20,000 bases of DNA, from the IMG/VR virus record IMGVR_UViG_3300025000_000085; one strand, 5' to 3'. Positions 1 to 7,796 of this stretch are shown here, in pieces; positions within the stretch are counted from its first letter, which is position 1; every line of letters begins with the position of its first letter. The DNA comes from an uncultured virus (IMG/VR IMGVR_UViG_3300025000_000085) (lineage: Duplodnaviria; Heunggongvirae; Uroviricota; Caudoviricetes). The notes beneath the pieces are model-generated. The model worked only from the letters and a program-made list of their open reading frames with translations, ran no database searches and was not told the origin of the DNA. The position numbers and the translations under genes were made by a program.

Positions 1-2
1 GA

Positions 3-1073
3 CCGCTCGTCGGCGACCTGCACGTCGTAGTCGCTGGCCACGGCGCTGATCACCGTCTGGCCCAGGGCGCCCGTGGTGTAGATCAGGTTCTGCCCGCCCA
101 CGTGCGCCACGGTGCAGAGCTCGTAGGCTCCGGTGGCCTTCAGGGTGATCCGCACCCGACGGTTGTCGGCTCCGGCGTCGTAGGCGTCGGGGAGGATGGT
201 GGCCACGCGGACCGTCATCGTGCCGTCGCCGTCGTCGACCACGGCGGTGGGAGCGCCGTTGGGGCCGATGAGCTCCGGCCAGTGGTCCACCTCGACGACG
301 GGCATGCCCCACGGGCCGGCGGTCATGCCGTTGTCGAGGATCTGCTTGACGAGCGTGTCCGCGCTGGGATGCTGGGCCTGCTTCCAGTTCCCGTAGTGGA
401 TGATCTCGTCGGGGGGGGTGTAGAGCCGCAGCGCCTTGGAGCGGAAGGGCCGCTCCAGCGCCTCGAGCGCCCGGGGGTAGATCTTGGTGGCGTCGTAGCT
501 CTGGGCCACACGCACGCCGCCGATCACCTGGGACAGGTCGACGATCTGCATCCCGCCGGCCTCGGCCCGGGTGCAGATGCCGTCGGAGCCGTTCAGCCCG
601 CTGTCGCTGCTGGTCTTGTCGCCGTTGATCAGCGTGCGGGCCATGCTGTTGCCGAAGGCGGCCTTGAAGCCCTCGCGAGCCTGGGCCTTCAGGTCGCTGC
701 CGGTGAGGGACTGCACCCGACGCTGGGCGTAGCGGGTGAGCTCCAGGTCCATCTTGTAGTGGCCCGGATCCACGTCGACCTCGCGGTAGGTCGGTTCGCG
801 GCTGACGGCGATGGCGTCTCCGTCCTCGGGGACGTGCTGCCAGAACTGGCCGTCGAAGTTCAGGAAGTCGATGGTCGACTGCCCCGGGGCGATGGTCGCC
901 ATGCGGCAGCCGTGCCGCAGCACGTTGCTGCGGTTGACCGTCTCGTTCAGCAGCGCCACGAAGCGGCGGCCGGTGAGCATGCGCGCACCACCGCTGTTGC
1001 CCGCGGTCATCGGCCCGGCAGCCTTGTGGGCATTCACCAGCCGGGCGAACTCCTCTTCGATCCTCGTTCCCAT
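3..1073 (-). CDS. Major capsid protein, HK97 fold (XkdG-like), 3' end runs off the window
   Basis: Absent from the ORF track because it has no stop in the window. My translation from ATG 1073 (RBS GAGGAG upstream) reads MGTRIEEEFARLVNAHKAAGP...FGNSMARTLINGD...NGSDGI...WGMPVVEVDHWP and stays open to the edge. The 'INGD...DG' and 'GxPV' motifs and the position after protease/scaffold fit a capsid protein. Confidence 0.85.
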   Translation of the reverse strand, partial: MGTRIEEEFARLVNAHKAAGPMTAGNSGGARMLTGRRFVALLNETVNRSNVLRHGCRMATIAPGQSTIDFLNFDGQFWQHVPEDGDAIAVSREPTYREVDVDPGHYKMDLELTRYAQRRVQSLTGSDLKAQAREGFKAAFGNSMARTLINGDKTSSDSGLNGSDGICTRAEAGGMQIVDLSQVIGGVRVAQSYDATKIYPRALEALERPFRSKALRLYTPPDEIIHYGNWKQAQHPSADTLVKQILDNGMTAGPWGMPVVEVDHWPELIGPNGAPTAVVDDGDGTMTVRVATILPDAYDAGADNRRVRITLKATGAYELCTVAHVGGQNLIYTTGALGQTVISAVASDYDVQVADER

Positions 1074-1149
1074 CTCGCCCTCCTCAGGCTGTTTCTGCAC
1101 GGGTCCAGCGGAGTCCTTGCCGCTTTAGGCCCGTCCGGGTCGTTCTTGC

Positions 1150-2745
1150 TCAGCCCAGCAGATCGTCGATCGCCGAGTCGCCCTCGCCCAGCCCGCCGGC
1201 CTTGACCGCGGGGGCTGCGCCCGCCGCCGGGAGAGCACGGCCGGCACCGGAGGCCTCGAGCCGCAGGGCCTCGAGCAGGAGCCCGCCCACCTGCGCCTTG
1301 AGGGCGGTGAGGGGATCGGCCGCCTGGCCGCCCGCTCCCTTCTGGGCCCCGAGCACGCCGAAGGGGCCTTCGCCGCCGGCGGGGGCCGAGCTGCTCAGCG
1401 GGCTGCCGAGGTTGAGCGAGCCGCTGAACATGTTGCGCAGCGCCTGCTCCGGGCTGTCCGGGTTGTCGATGGGCGCGGTCTGCGAGGCGGCCGGGCTGTC
1501 GTCGCCGGGGATGGCCAGCCCCGGGATGGCCTTCTGCGCCACGGCCTTCAGTCCGTCCCAGAGGGGCTTGACCGCCTCGGCCACGGCCGCCTTGATGGCG
1601 TCCTGCATCTCGACCTTGGGGTCGGGCGTGCCCTTGAGGGCGGCTTCCATCTTCTGGTACGCTGCCGCCCGCTCCTTGTCCGTCTTCGCGCCCTTCACCG
1701 CCTCCAGAGCCTGGAGGGCGGCCTCGCTCGCCTTCTTTTCGGCCATGGCCTGCTCCTCTTCCTCGCCCTTGGCGGGCGCGCTGCCGGCCGTCGGAATCTC
1801 TTCCCCGTCGGCCGTGGTTTCCGTCTTGCCCTTGCCCGCTTCGCCCTCGGCCTCGCCGGATTCGGTGCCGCCCTCGCCCTCGGACTTCGCATCGATCTTC
1901 GCCTGGATGAAGGCGGGCATCTTGCCCTTCTCGGCGCCTTCGCCGGATGCCTCGGCGGCGATCTCGACGGCGGGAGCTGCGCGGTCCAGGATGCCCTGCA
2001 GCGCGGTGGCTGCGGCCTGCAGGTCCGCCAGGTTGGCCTGGCTCAGCATCTTGCCCGCCTTCTGGGCGACGGACTTCGAAGCCTCGACGTGCTCGGACGG
2101 CAGCACGGGCTCGCCTGCGCTCTTGAGCCCTTCCAGCTGAGCCTGGCCCAGCAGCTGCAGCGCCTTGGCGTGGAACTCGTCGAGGATCTGACGCATCGAC
2201 TCGGCGCGGCGACCATCGAAGTTGCTGCCCCAGCTGGAGGTGACGTCGCACATCGCGTCGTCGAGAGCGTCCCGCAGGTTCCACCACTTCTCCCGCCACT
2301 CCCTGAGGACGAACTTGTCGACCAAGCTCGGCACCGGGGGAGCAATGACGACGGGAGTCGCTGCGGCCCCTTCCTTGACGGCCTCCACCGGCTCGATCCC
2401 GAACGGAGCGTCGTCGCTGCTGCCGGAGAACCAGGACATGAAGCGCTGGAAACGGCCGGCGGCCTTCTGAGCCTGCTCGGGGGTCTGCTGCTCGGACGCT
2501 GCGGCGGCTTCGTTCCTCTCGGCCACGGGGACCTCCTGCTTCGCTGCCCGCTGATCGCCAGCGGGTTCGCTGTCGCCCTTGAGCGCTGCGATGGGGGTGT
2601 GGTTGGATGGCAGCCCCACGGACGAGATCCGCCGCGCCTCATTGACCGGGATCAGGAAGGGGATCTCCCGACGCACACGCACACTGCCGTCGTCCAGCGT
2701 CTCCAGGACCTCGTCGGCTGCCAGCTTGTACGTGCCGGTCTTCAC
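1150..2745 (-). CDS. Capsid scaffold / protease-associated head assembly protein (531 aa)
   Basis: Lies between protease and capsid genes. GTG start overlaps the upstream TGA and follows a GGAGG RBS. Ala/Glu/Gly-rich and helical, with a 'KAGKMLSQANLADL' segment of the kind seen in phage protease-scaffold proteins and an N-terminal 'ISSVGLPSN' resembling prohead-protease 'ISLVxxPAN'. Confidence 0.65.
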   Translation of the reverse strand: MKTGTYKLAADEVLETLDDGSVRVRREIPFLIPVNEARRISSVGLPSNHTPIAALKGDSEPAGDQRAAKQEVPVAERNEAAAASEQQTPEQAQKAAGRFQRFMSWFSGSSDDAPFGIEPVEAVKEGAAATPVVIAPPVPSLVDKFVLREWREKWWNLRDALDDAMCDVTSSWGSNFDGRRAESMRQILDEFHAKALQLLGQAQLEGLKSAGEPVLPSEHVEASKSVAQKAGKMLSQANLADLQAAATALQGILDRAAPAVEIAAEASGEGAEKGKMPAFIQAKIDAKSEGEGGTESGEAEGEAGKGKTETTADGEEIPTAGSAPAKGEEEEQAMAEKKASEAALQALEAVKGAKTDKERAAAYQKMEAALKGTPDPKVEMQDAIKAAVAEAVKPLWDGLKAVAQKAIPGLAIPGDDSPAASQTAPIDNPDSPEQALRNMFSGSLNLGSPLSSSAPAGGEGPFGVLGAQKGAGGQAADPLTALKAQVGGLLLEALRLEASGAGRALPAAGAAPAVKAGGLGEGDSAIDDLLG

Positions 2746-3284
2746 TCGACCTCCTGCAGACGGACCTGGTTGGCGGGGATCACCATCTCGACGTGCTCGA
2801 TGAACACGATCACGTCGGCCTCGAACGAGAAGCCTGTCAGCTTGCCGCTCTTGACCTGCTCCCAGACCGCTGGGTCGTGGTAGCGAAGGGTCACGACCGA
2901 CGCGTCCACGGGGAACAGTGGAGAGGCGATTCGCTCGTCGTTGACGAAGATCTCGACGAGGCGGGCGGCGTCGGTCTGCTTGTCGTGCTGAACGTCATGA
3001 CCAGCCAGCCGGCCCTGCAGCATGTACGCCCGTGCCAGCTCGTAGACGGCCGCTGCCGTCATCGCCTCGCCGTCCACGTCCAGCGTGCCCAGGGAGCCGT
3101 CGAAGGCACGGGCGAGAACCCCCGTGGCCTCCATGCGCTCGACGTTGGACGGAGAGAGCTGCTCGACGGAGAACTTGATCGCCACCTGAGCCGTCTCGGC
3201 CCCGGTGGACGCAGGGGTGCCGGCCGGTCCGGCCCCCTGCTCCACCAGTTGCTCCCAGGCTCTCCGATCACCCATGCCGCTCAT
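2742..3284 (-). CDS. Prohead maturation serine protease, XkdF-like (Peptidase_S78_2)
   Basis: Motifs 'DVDGEAM', 'DVQH' and 'DPAVWEQVKSGKLTGFSFE'. RBS AGGAG precedes the start (ATG 3284 or 3275). Located in the head module. Confidence 0.85.
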   Translation of the reverse strand: MSGMGDRRAWEQLVEQGAGPAGTPASTGAETAQVAIKFSVEQLSPSNVERMEATGVLARAFDGSLGTLDVDGEAMTAAAVYELARAYMLQGRLAGHDVQHDKQTDAARLVEIFVNDERIASPLFPVDASVVTLRYHDPAVWEQVKSGKLTGFSFEADVIVFIEHVEMVIPANQVRLQEVE

Positions 3285-3333
3285 CGCTCCTGCACTCGTT
3301 GCTTGGCCCCAGCACGGGGCCCATCTCAGAGCC

Positions 3334-3371
3334 TCATGGTGAGTGCTAGGAGCGCTAGAGGGGTGCGGTGC
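3334..3371 (-). promoter_or_regulatory. Conserved motif copy 1 (candidate late promoter/operator) upstream of the protease
   Basis: GCACCG-N8-TAGCGCTCCTAGC-N2-TCA-N3-TGA in the 3285-3463 intergenic gap. Second copy at 10657-10693. Confidence 0.55.
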
Positions 3372-3463
3372 AGCGTAGGGGGTGCAGAGAAAGCCGGCGG
3401 TGTGGGCGGGAAGGCGTGCGGGAATGTCTCCTCATCCCCTCAGGCTACGAAGTGCTCGATGCG

Positions 3464-3685
3464 CTACTCCCCGGCGACGAACGGCTCGATGGTGCCCGCC
3501 TCGAAGTCGACGAGGACGACCTTGCCGAGGTAGGGCAGCAGCATCTCGTACGTCACCTGCAGGATGGACTCGCCCGGGGCAACGAGGCTAGGAGGAATTT
3601 CGCAAGGGAAGTCTGGCCGACTGATGCTCAGCTTGCCGTCTGCCCAAGAGCAAGTGCCAACAACCACCTTGGATTTCGTGCTCAT
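3464..3685 (-). CDS. Small hypothetical protein (73 aa), candidate immunity protein for the MuF toxin domain
   Basis: ATGA overlap with the MuF stop and the same lower-GC composition as the MuF C-terminal domain. Function inferred from position only. Confidence 0.55.
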   Translation of the reverse strand: MSTKSKVVVGTCSWADGKLSISRPDFPCEIPPSLVAPGESILQVTYEMLLPYLGKVVLVDFEAGTIEPFVAGE

Positions 3686-5349
3686 CGACCTTTAGGATAG
3701 ACGATGGACTGGACGTGCGCAAGCACGCCGGGGAACGTCTCGCGGAAGGCCTGCTCCCTTGGAGCGTCCATCGACGATTTCCCGCTCACAACAATGTTAT
3801 AGGCCTCGGCGAATGTCTCTTCATTCCCGCCGTCCCCGGACAAGAAGTAGTCAAGTTGAGCCCGTTTTTCTTTCTTCATCGCGCTGATGTCGCTGGCGTA
3901 GGCCTTCATGAAGGGCTTCCTGGCGCTCAGCGGATTCTTGCGCGATAAGTCGAAAGCATGCCCGATCTCATGATGGACGACTCGCTCTACAGGGCGATCG
4001 CCGATCCACTGCCCGGTTGTGAAGTCCTTCCACTTCTCTGCGCAGATCACCTTGTTGTCGTAGAACACGGCCTGGACGTGCTCGAAGGTGGTTCCAGGAA
4101 AGAAGTTGCGTGGGCGCTGCGAGGCCAGCTCGGGCGCATGGTCAACTACCTTCTCTCCGACGACGTACTCGACTTTGGCCGCCTTGAGCCGCCTCCTTAC
4201 ATGATCTGGCGTATTTCGGAAGGCCTCGTGCACCTGCTCCACTGTGCTCTCCTGCACGGGGCTGGCCATCTCGAGCTTGCTCCCTGGGATGACCGGTCGA
4301 GGGACGGATGCTGTTGGAGGCAGGACGGGCGCCGGCGGATAGCTCGGCGTGTACTCGCTCGCCCCCTCCACCCAAGCGTTCGCCGTGCACCGGCATCGCC
4401 CGTGGTACGGCGGCAACACGGTGCCCTGGCTCGCCAGCTCGGCCGCACCCTTGCCCACCACGTCCGCCGGCGGACGCCATGGTGCGACCTGCTTGGCCTC
4501 CTCAGGGCTCCCAGCCTCCATCATGGCGTTGCGCTGGCCCACCACCTGGGCGATCTCGAAGCGCTGCCCGCTCAGGTGGCGGCAGGTCGGGCAGGTGGCC
4601 TCGTCCTCGGGGTTGAGGATCTCGACCACGCTGATGCCGCCCTGGACGAAGGACTCCACGGCGCCGAAGGAGCGCGACCGCACTGCTGCGGCGTTGGCCA
4701 CCACCTCCCAGTAGGACAGCGGCTTCTCGCCGACGAGCTCCGGGCCGAGCTGCGTCTGCAGCACCTTGGCTGCGTCCTTGTAGCTCAGCCCCTGCTGGAC
4801 GACGTGTTCGTCGACGATGCCAGCGATGCGCCCACTGAACTGGTCGGGGTAGGCCTTGCCGACCCAGTACAGGTGGTGGTCGGCGAGCCATCCCTTGGCC
4901 TGCTGGTCGACGGTGTTGAAGGTCACGCTCTGCTTCAGGTCGGCCGCCACGCCGTCTCGGCCAATGCCGTACGCGATGCCAATCTTGTCCTCGTAGAGCG
5001 GCTGCAGCGACTCCTCGAGGCCGTCGAAGCGTCGAGCGATGATGCGCAGCACCGTGCGGGCCATCGCTGGCTTCGTCGATGCGAGCTTGCCGATGGCCTT
5101 GAGTGCCTTGCGGGCCCGGCGGTCCCATTCTTCGGCGCTCAGCGTGGCCAGGTCGTGCTCGACACGGACGAGCTTCCGCAGCCGGGCCTGCTGCTGGTCG
5201 TCGTCCTTCTGGGCCAGCAGGACACAGTCCTCTGCGAGCCGGACACCCTTCTCGGCTGCGGTCTCGAGCGACCACGCCCCGTGGGGGGGCCAGAGGGACG
5301 ATGCCGCAGCGAGGGCGGAGAGTGGGTGGTGAGCGCAGGAGCAGGTCAT
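3682..5349 (-). CDS. MuF/SPP1 gp7-like head morphogenesis protein with C-terminal zinc metallopeptidase (ATLF/PPEP-like) domain
   Basis: Directly downstream of the portal. MuF motifs 'DEATCPTCRHLSG' and 'LPPYHGRCRC', then a Pro-rich linker, then 'HHEIGHAFD...YFLSG...EETFAEAY'. Confidence 0.88.
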   Translation of the reverse strand: MTCSCAHHPLSALAAASSLWPPHGAWSLETAAEKGVRLAEDCVLLAQKDDDQQQARLRKLVRVEHDLATLSAEEWDRRARKALKAIGKLASTKPAMARTVLRIIARRFDGLEESLQPLYEDKIGIAYGIGRDGVAADLKQSVTFNTVDQQAKGWLADHHLYWVGKAYPDQFSGRIAGIVDEHVVQQGLSYKDAAKVLQTQLGPELVGEKPLSYWEVVANAAAVRSRSFGAVESFVQGGISVVEILNPEDEATCPTCRHLSGQRFEIAQVVGQRNAMMEAGSPEEAKQVAPWRPPADVVGKGAAELASQGTVLPPYHGRCRCTANAWVEGASEYTPSYPPAPVLPPTASVPRPVIPGSKLEMASPVQESTVEQVHEAFRNTPDHVRRRLKAAKVEYVVGEKVVDHAPELASQRPRNFFPGTTFEHVQAVFYDNKVICAEKWKDFTTGQWIGDRPVERVVHHEIGHAFDLSRKNPLSARKPFMKAYASDISAMKKEKRAQLDYFLSGDGGNEETFAEAYNIVVSGKSSMDAPREQAFRETFPGVLAHVQSIVYPKGR

Positions 5350-7796
5350 CCCTGCTGCTCCGGGGTGGAGACGCTGCGCTGCTGCAGCGCTACCTTCTGG
5401 ACCAGCACGCCCTTGAGGGCCCTCAGCGCGACCACGATGTCCTGATCGGCATCGAGTTGCGCTGCAGCCAGATCGGGAGCGGCAAAACCTCCGGCTCCCT
5501 TCTCGGCGCGGCCCCGCTCAGTGCCCGGGGTGTTCCCCTCGCTCGAAGCGGACGCAGCCGAAGGCTTGGCCGGTGGCTGCGCCTCCGGCTGCTGTCCGGC
5601 CTGGGCCGTCGGGGCCTGGGGTGCGCCGGAGGTCCCCCCGGGCAACCCGTGCTGCGCTCCGGGCTGCGGCTCCTGGCCGGGGATCTGCCCCATCTTCGCC
5701 GCTGCCAGCGTGAGGTCCCAGGGCTGGTCGCCCCAGTCGCCTTCGATCTGCGGCCAGTCCTCGCCAATCTCCCGAGAAATGAGCTGACGGCTTCGCTCCG
5801 GCGTGTCTGCGCCCAGCTCCTTGGCCAGCCGCAGCCACTTCTCCCGTTGATCGCTGCTCATGATCTTCGGGCCACGCAGGGTCATCTGGTGGAAGCGAAC
5901 GCGCATGGCGTGCCAGAGCGGATCCAGCCAATTCATGGTGCGGCGACGCTCTGGGCCGTAGACTTGGTGGTCGTCCATGATCAGCGAGCTCTCGGCGCTG
6001 GCGAAGCTGTCGTCCTCGCTCTCGCCGAGGGCCTTGTTGCTCAATCCTTTGGTGCCGCGGATGATCTTGCGGGCCCGGTCGATGAAGGGACCGTACATGT
6101 CGTCAGGGATAACCTTGATCTGGTCCACCGAGACGGGGCGCCCCTTGTTCCCCCCGTCCTCGCCCAGATCGATGTCGCCGGGCGGCGTGACCTCGAGGTA
6201 GAGCACCTCGTTGGTCTTCTCTGGGGCGTTCTCCCTTGCCTTGTCGCTGATCTCCTTCTGTCGCTGGATCTGCTTGGCGACGGCGGTGCCGAGTACACTG
6301 ATGATCACCCGAGGGATCTTGGGGCTGACGATCCCAGAATGGACGGCGGCTTCGGCGCCCATCAGCCCGAGCACCAGCTCCTGGTCGCCCCACCACCACG
6401 GGGCGCCGTAGGGACTCCACGTCGGCTCGGGGTTGATGTCGATGAGCAGCTCGTTGGCCCAGACCGAAGGAGGGAAGACCTTCATGTCCGGCCACTGCCC
6501 GAGGGCGTAGTTGCCGATCACGGCGCCGGTGCGGCTGTCGACAATCCGGGGGTCGCCGAACTGCTGGAAGTAGACGTACTGGCCGCGCCGCTCGTGGATG
6601 ATGAGCCGCCACCGGCGGGTCTCGTAGGCCTTCTCGTAGCGAGGCACGGGCTCACCACCGATGAGCAGGTTCTCGGGATCGTCCTCGTCTCCGTCGATGA
6701 GCCACCAGACCGGCGACAGGATTGGAGCGCAGGCGGGACACCAGCGCAGCGTCTCTGCTTCGACGTGGCGCAGCCCGTATGGCCGCCCCCGATAGTCGAC
6801 CTTCGACCAGTCGGGCTGCTGGCCGGACTTGACGGCGTTGAGCGCCCACGCAGCGGCCTGCGCGTAGAGGGCGGCAACGGCAGGATCGGCGGGCGAGGCG
6901 TCCCCTGCCGACTTCATCCCCATGACCGCCGGCACGGAGAGCATCGGGCTGGTTCCGCCGAACAGACCGAACAGCGCTCCGCTGGCGGTGGCCGTTGCGT
7001 CGATGCTCGAATCGGAGCCCAGCGGCAGACGCAGGTGCGGAGGTGGCGTGCGCAGCGCCTCGAGGGCCCGCATGCCGATCCCCTCCCGATCGCGCCGAGC
7101 CTTGCTCAGGCCGGAGACCCAGTCGTCCTCGCTGCCGAACGAGTACTCGAGGAAGCGCTTGAGCAAACGCCGCTCCGCACGCACGGCCTTTTTCAATGCC
7201 TCGGGCGTGCCCTCCTTGACGGTGACCGTCTCCTTGGGATCGTTGGCTCCCTGCATCTCGACGTTGCGGGCGATGGCGTTGCCGCAGCAGGGCAGGATCG
7301 AGCTCCAGGCGTAAATCGAGGACAGCACGCTGAGGTTCTCGACGGAGGCGATCGGCCAGGTGTCGGCCTTGGCCTGCCCGTCTCCCGCCTGCTCCTGCGT
7401 CCAGTAGAAGCCGGAAAACGGATCGGACTCGAGGTAGCGCGACACGCCGCCCCGCACGCTCAGGCTAGCGTCATCCGGCGCTCCCTCCTCGTAGGCGGAC
7501 TTGCGTGCCTCCTCGTGTTGCTGACGCACGCTGGCCAGCTTCTCGCTGCAAGCCTTGTGCGCGGCCTCGACCAGGGAGGGGCTGCCGCCCCCCTCGCCGA
7601 GCAACTCCGCTCCATGGGGCCCGATGATCTCAGCCAGCGTCTTCCCTTTGGCGGCCTCGACGAAGAACATGCTGCCCGGCATGCTCTCGGGGTCGAGCCG
7701 GCCCGGAGCACTCGGGGGGGCCAGCGGATCGTGCACCGTGGCAGCGTTCATGGCCATCAGGGCGCCTGGGGCAGTGGTCGGATGCGAGTCGCTCAT
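5346..7796 (-). CDS. Portal protein (816 aa, extended termini)
   Basis: Sits between TerL and MuF with ATGA overlaps at both ends. Motifs 'DREGIGMRALE', 'GLRHVEAETLR', 'YFQQFGDPR', 'ANELL...SPYGAPWW' and 'SFASAES' resemble PBSX/XkdE-type portals. Confidence 0.85.
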   Translation of the reverse strand: MSDSHPTTAPGALMAMNAATVHDPLAPPSAPGRLDPESMPGSMFFVEAAKGKTLAEIIGPHGAELLGEGGGSPSLVEAAHKACSEKLASVRQQHEEARKSAYEEGAPDDASLSVRGGVSRYLESDPFSGFYWTQEQAGDGQAKADTWPIASVENLSVLSSIYAWSSILPCCGNAIARNVEMQGANDPKETVTVKEGTPEALKKAVRAERRLLKRFLEYSFGSEDDWVSGLSKARRDREGIGMRALEALRTPPPHLRLPLGSDSSIDATATASGALFGLFGGTSPMLSVPAVMGMKSAGDASPADPAVAALYAQAAAWALNAVKSGQQPDWSKVDYRGRPYGLRHVEAETLRWCPACAPILSPVWWLIDGDEDDPENLLIGGEPVPRYEKAYETRRWRLIIHERRGQYVYFQQFGDPRIVDSRTGAVIGNYALGQWPDMKVFPPSVWANELLIDINPEPTWSPYGAPWWWGDQELVLGLMGAEAAVHSGIVSPKIPRVIISVLGTAVAKQIQRQKEISDKARENAPEKTNEVLYLEVTPPGDIDLGEDGGNKGRPVSVDQIKVIPDDMYGPFIDRARKIIRGTKGLSNKALGESEDDSFASAESSLIMDDHQVYGPERRRTMNWLDPLWHAMRVRFHQMTLRGPKIMSSDQREKWLRLAKELGADTPERSRQLISREIGEDWPQIEGDWGDQPWDLTLAAAKMGQIPGQEPQPGAQHGLPGGTSGAPQAPTAQAGQQPEAQPPAKPSAASASSEGNTPGTERGRAEKGAGGFAAPDLAAAQLDADQDIVVALRALKGVLVQKVALQQRSVSTPEQQG

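Noticed and set aside
1074..1152. Stop readthrough fusing scaffold to capsid
   Set aside because: The frames differ (79-nt offset), there is no obvious slippery site, and the capsid gene has its own RBS.
102..1205. 367-aa plus-strand ORF
   Set aside because: Antisense to the capsid gene, which has clear motifs and an RBS.
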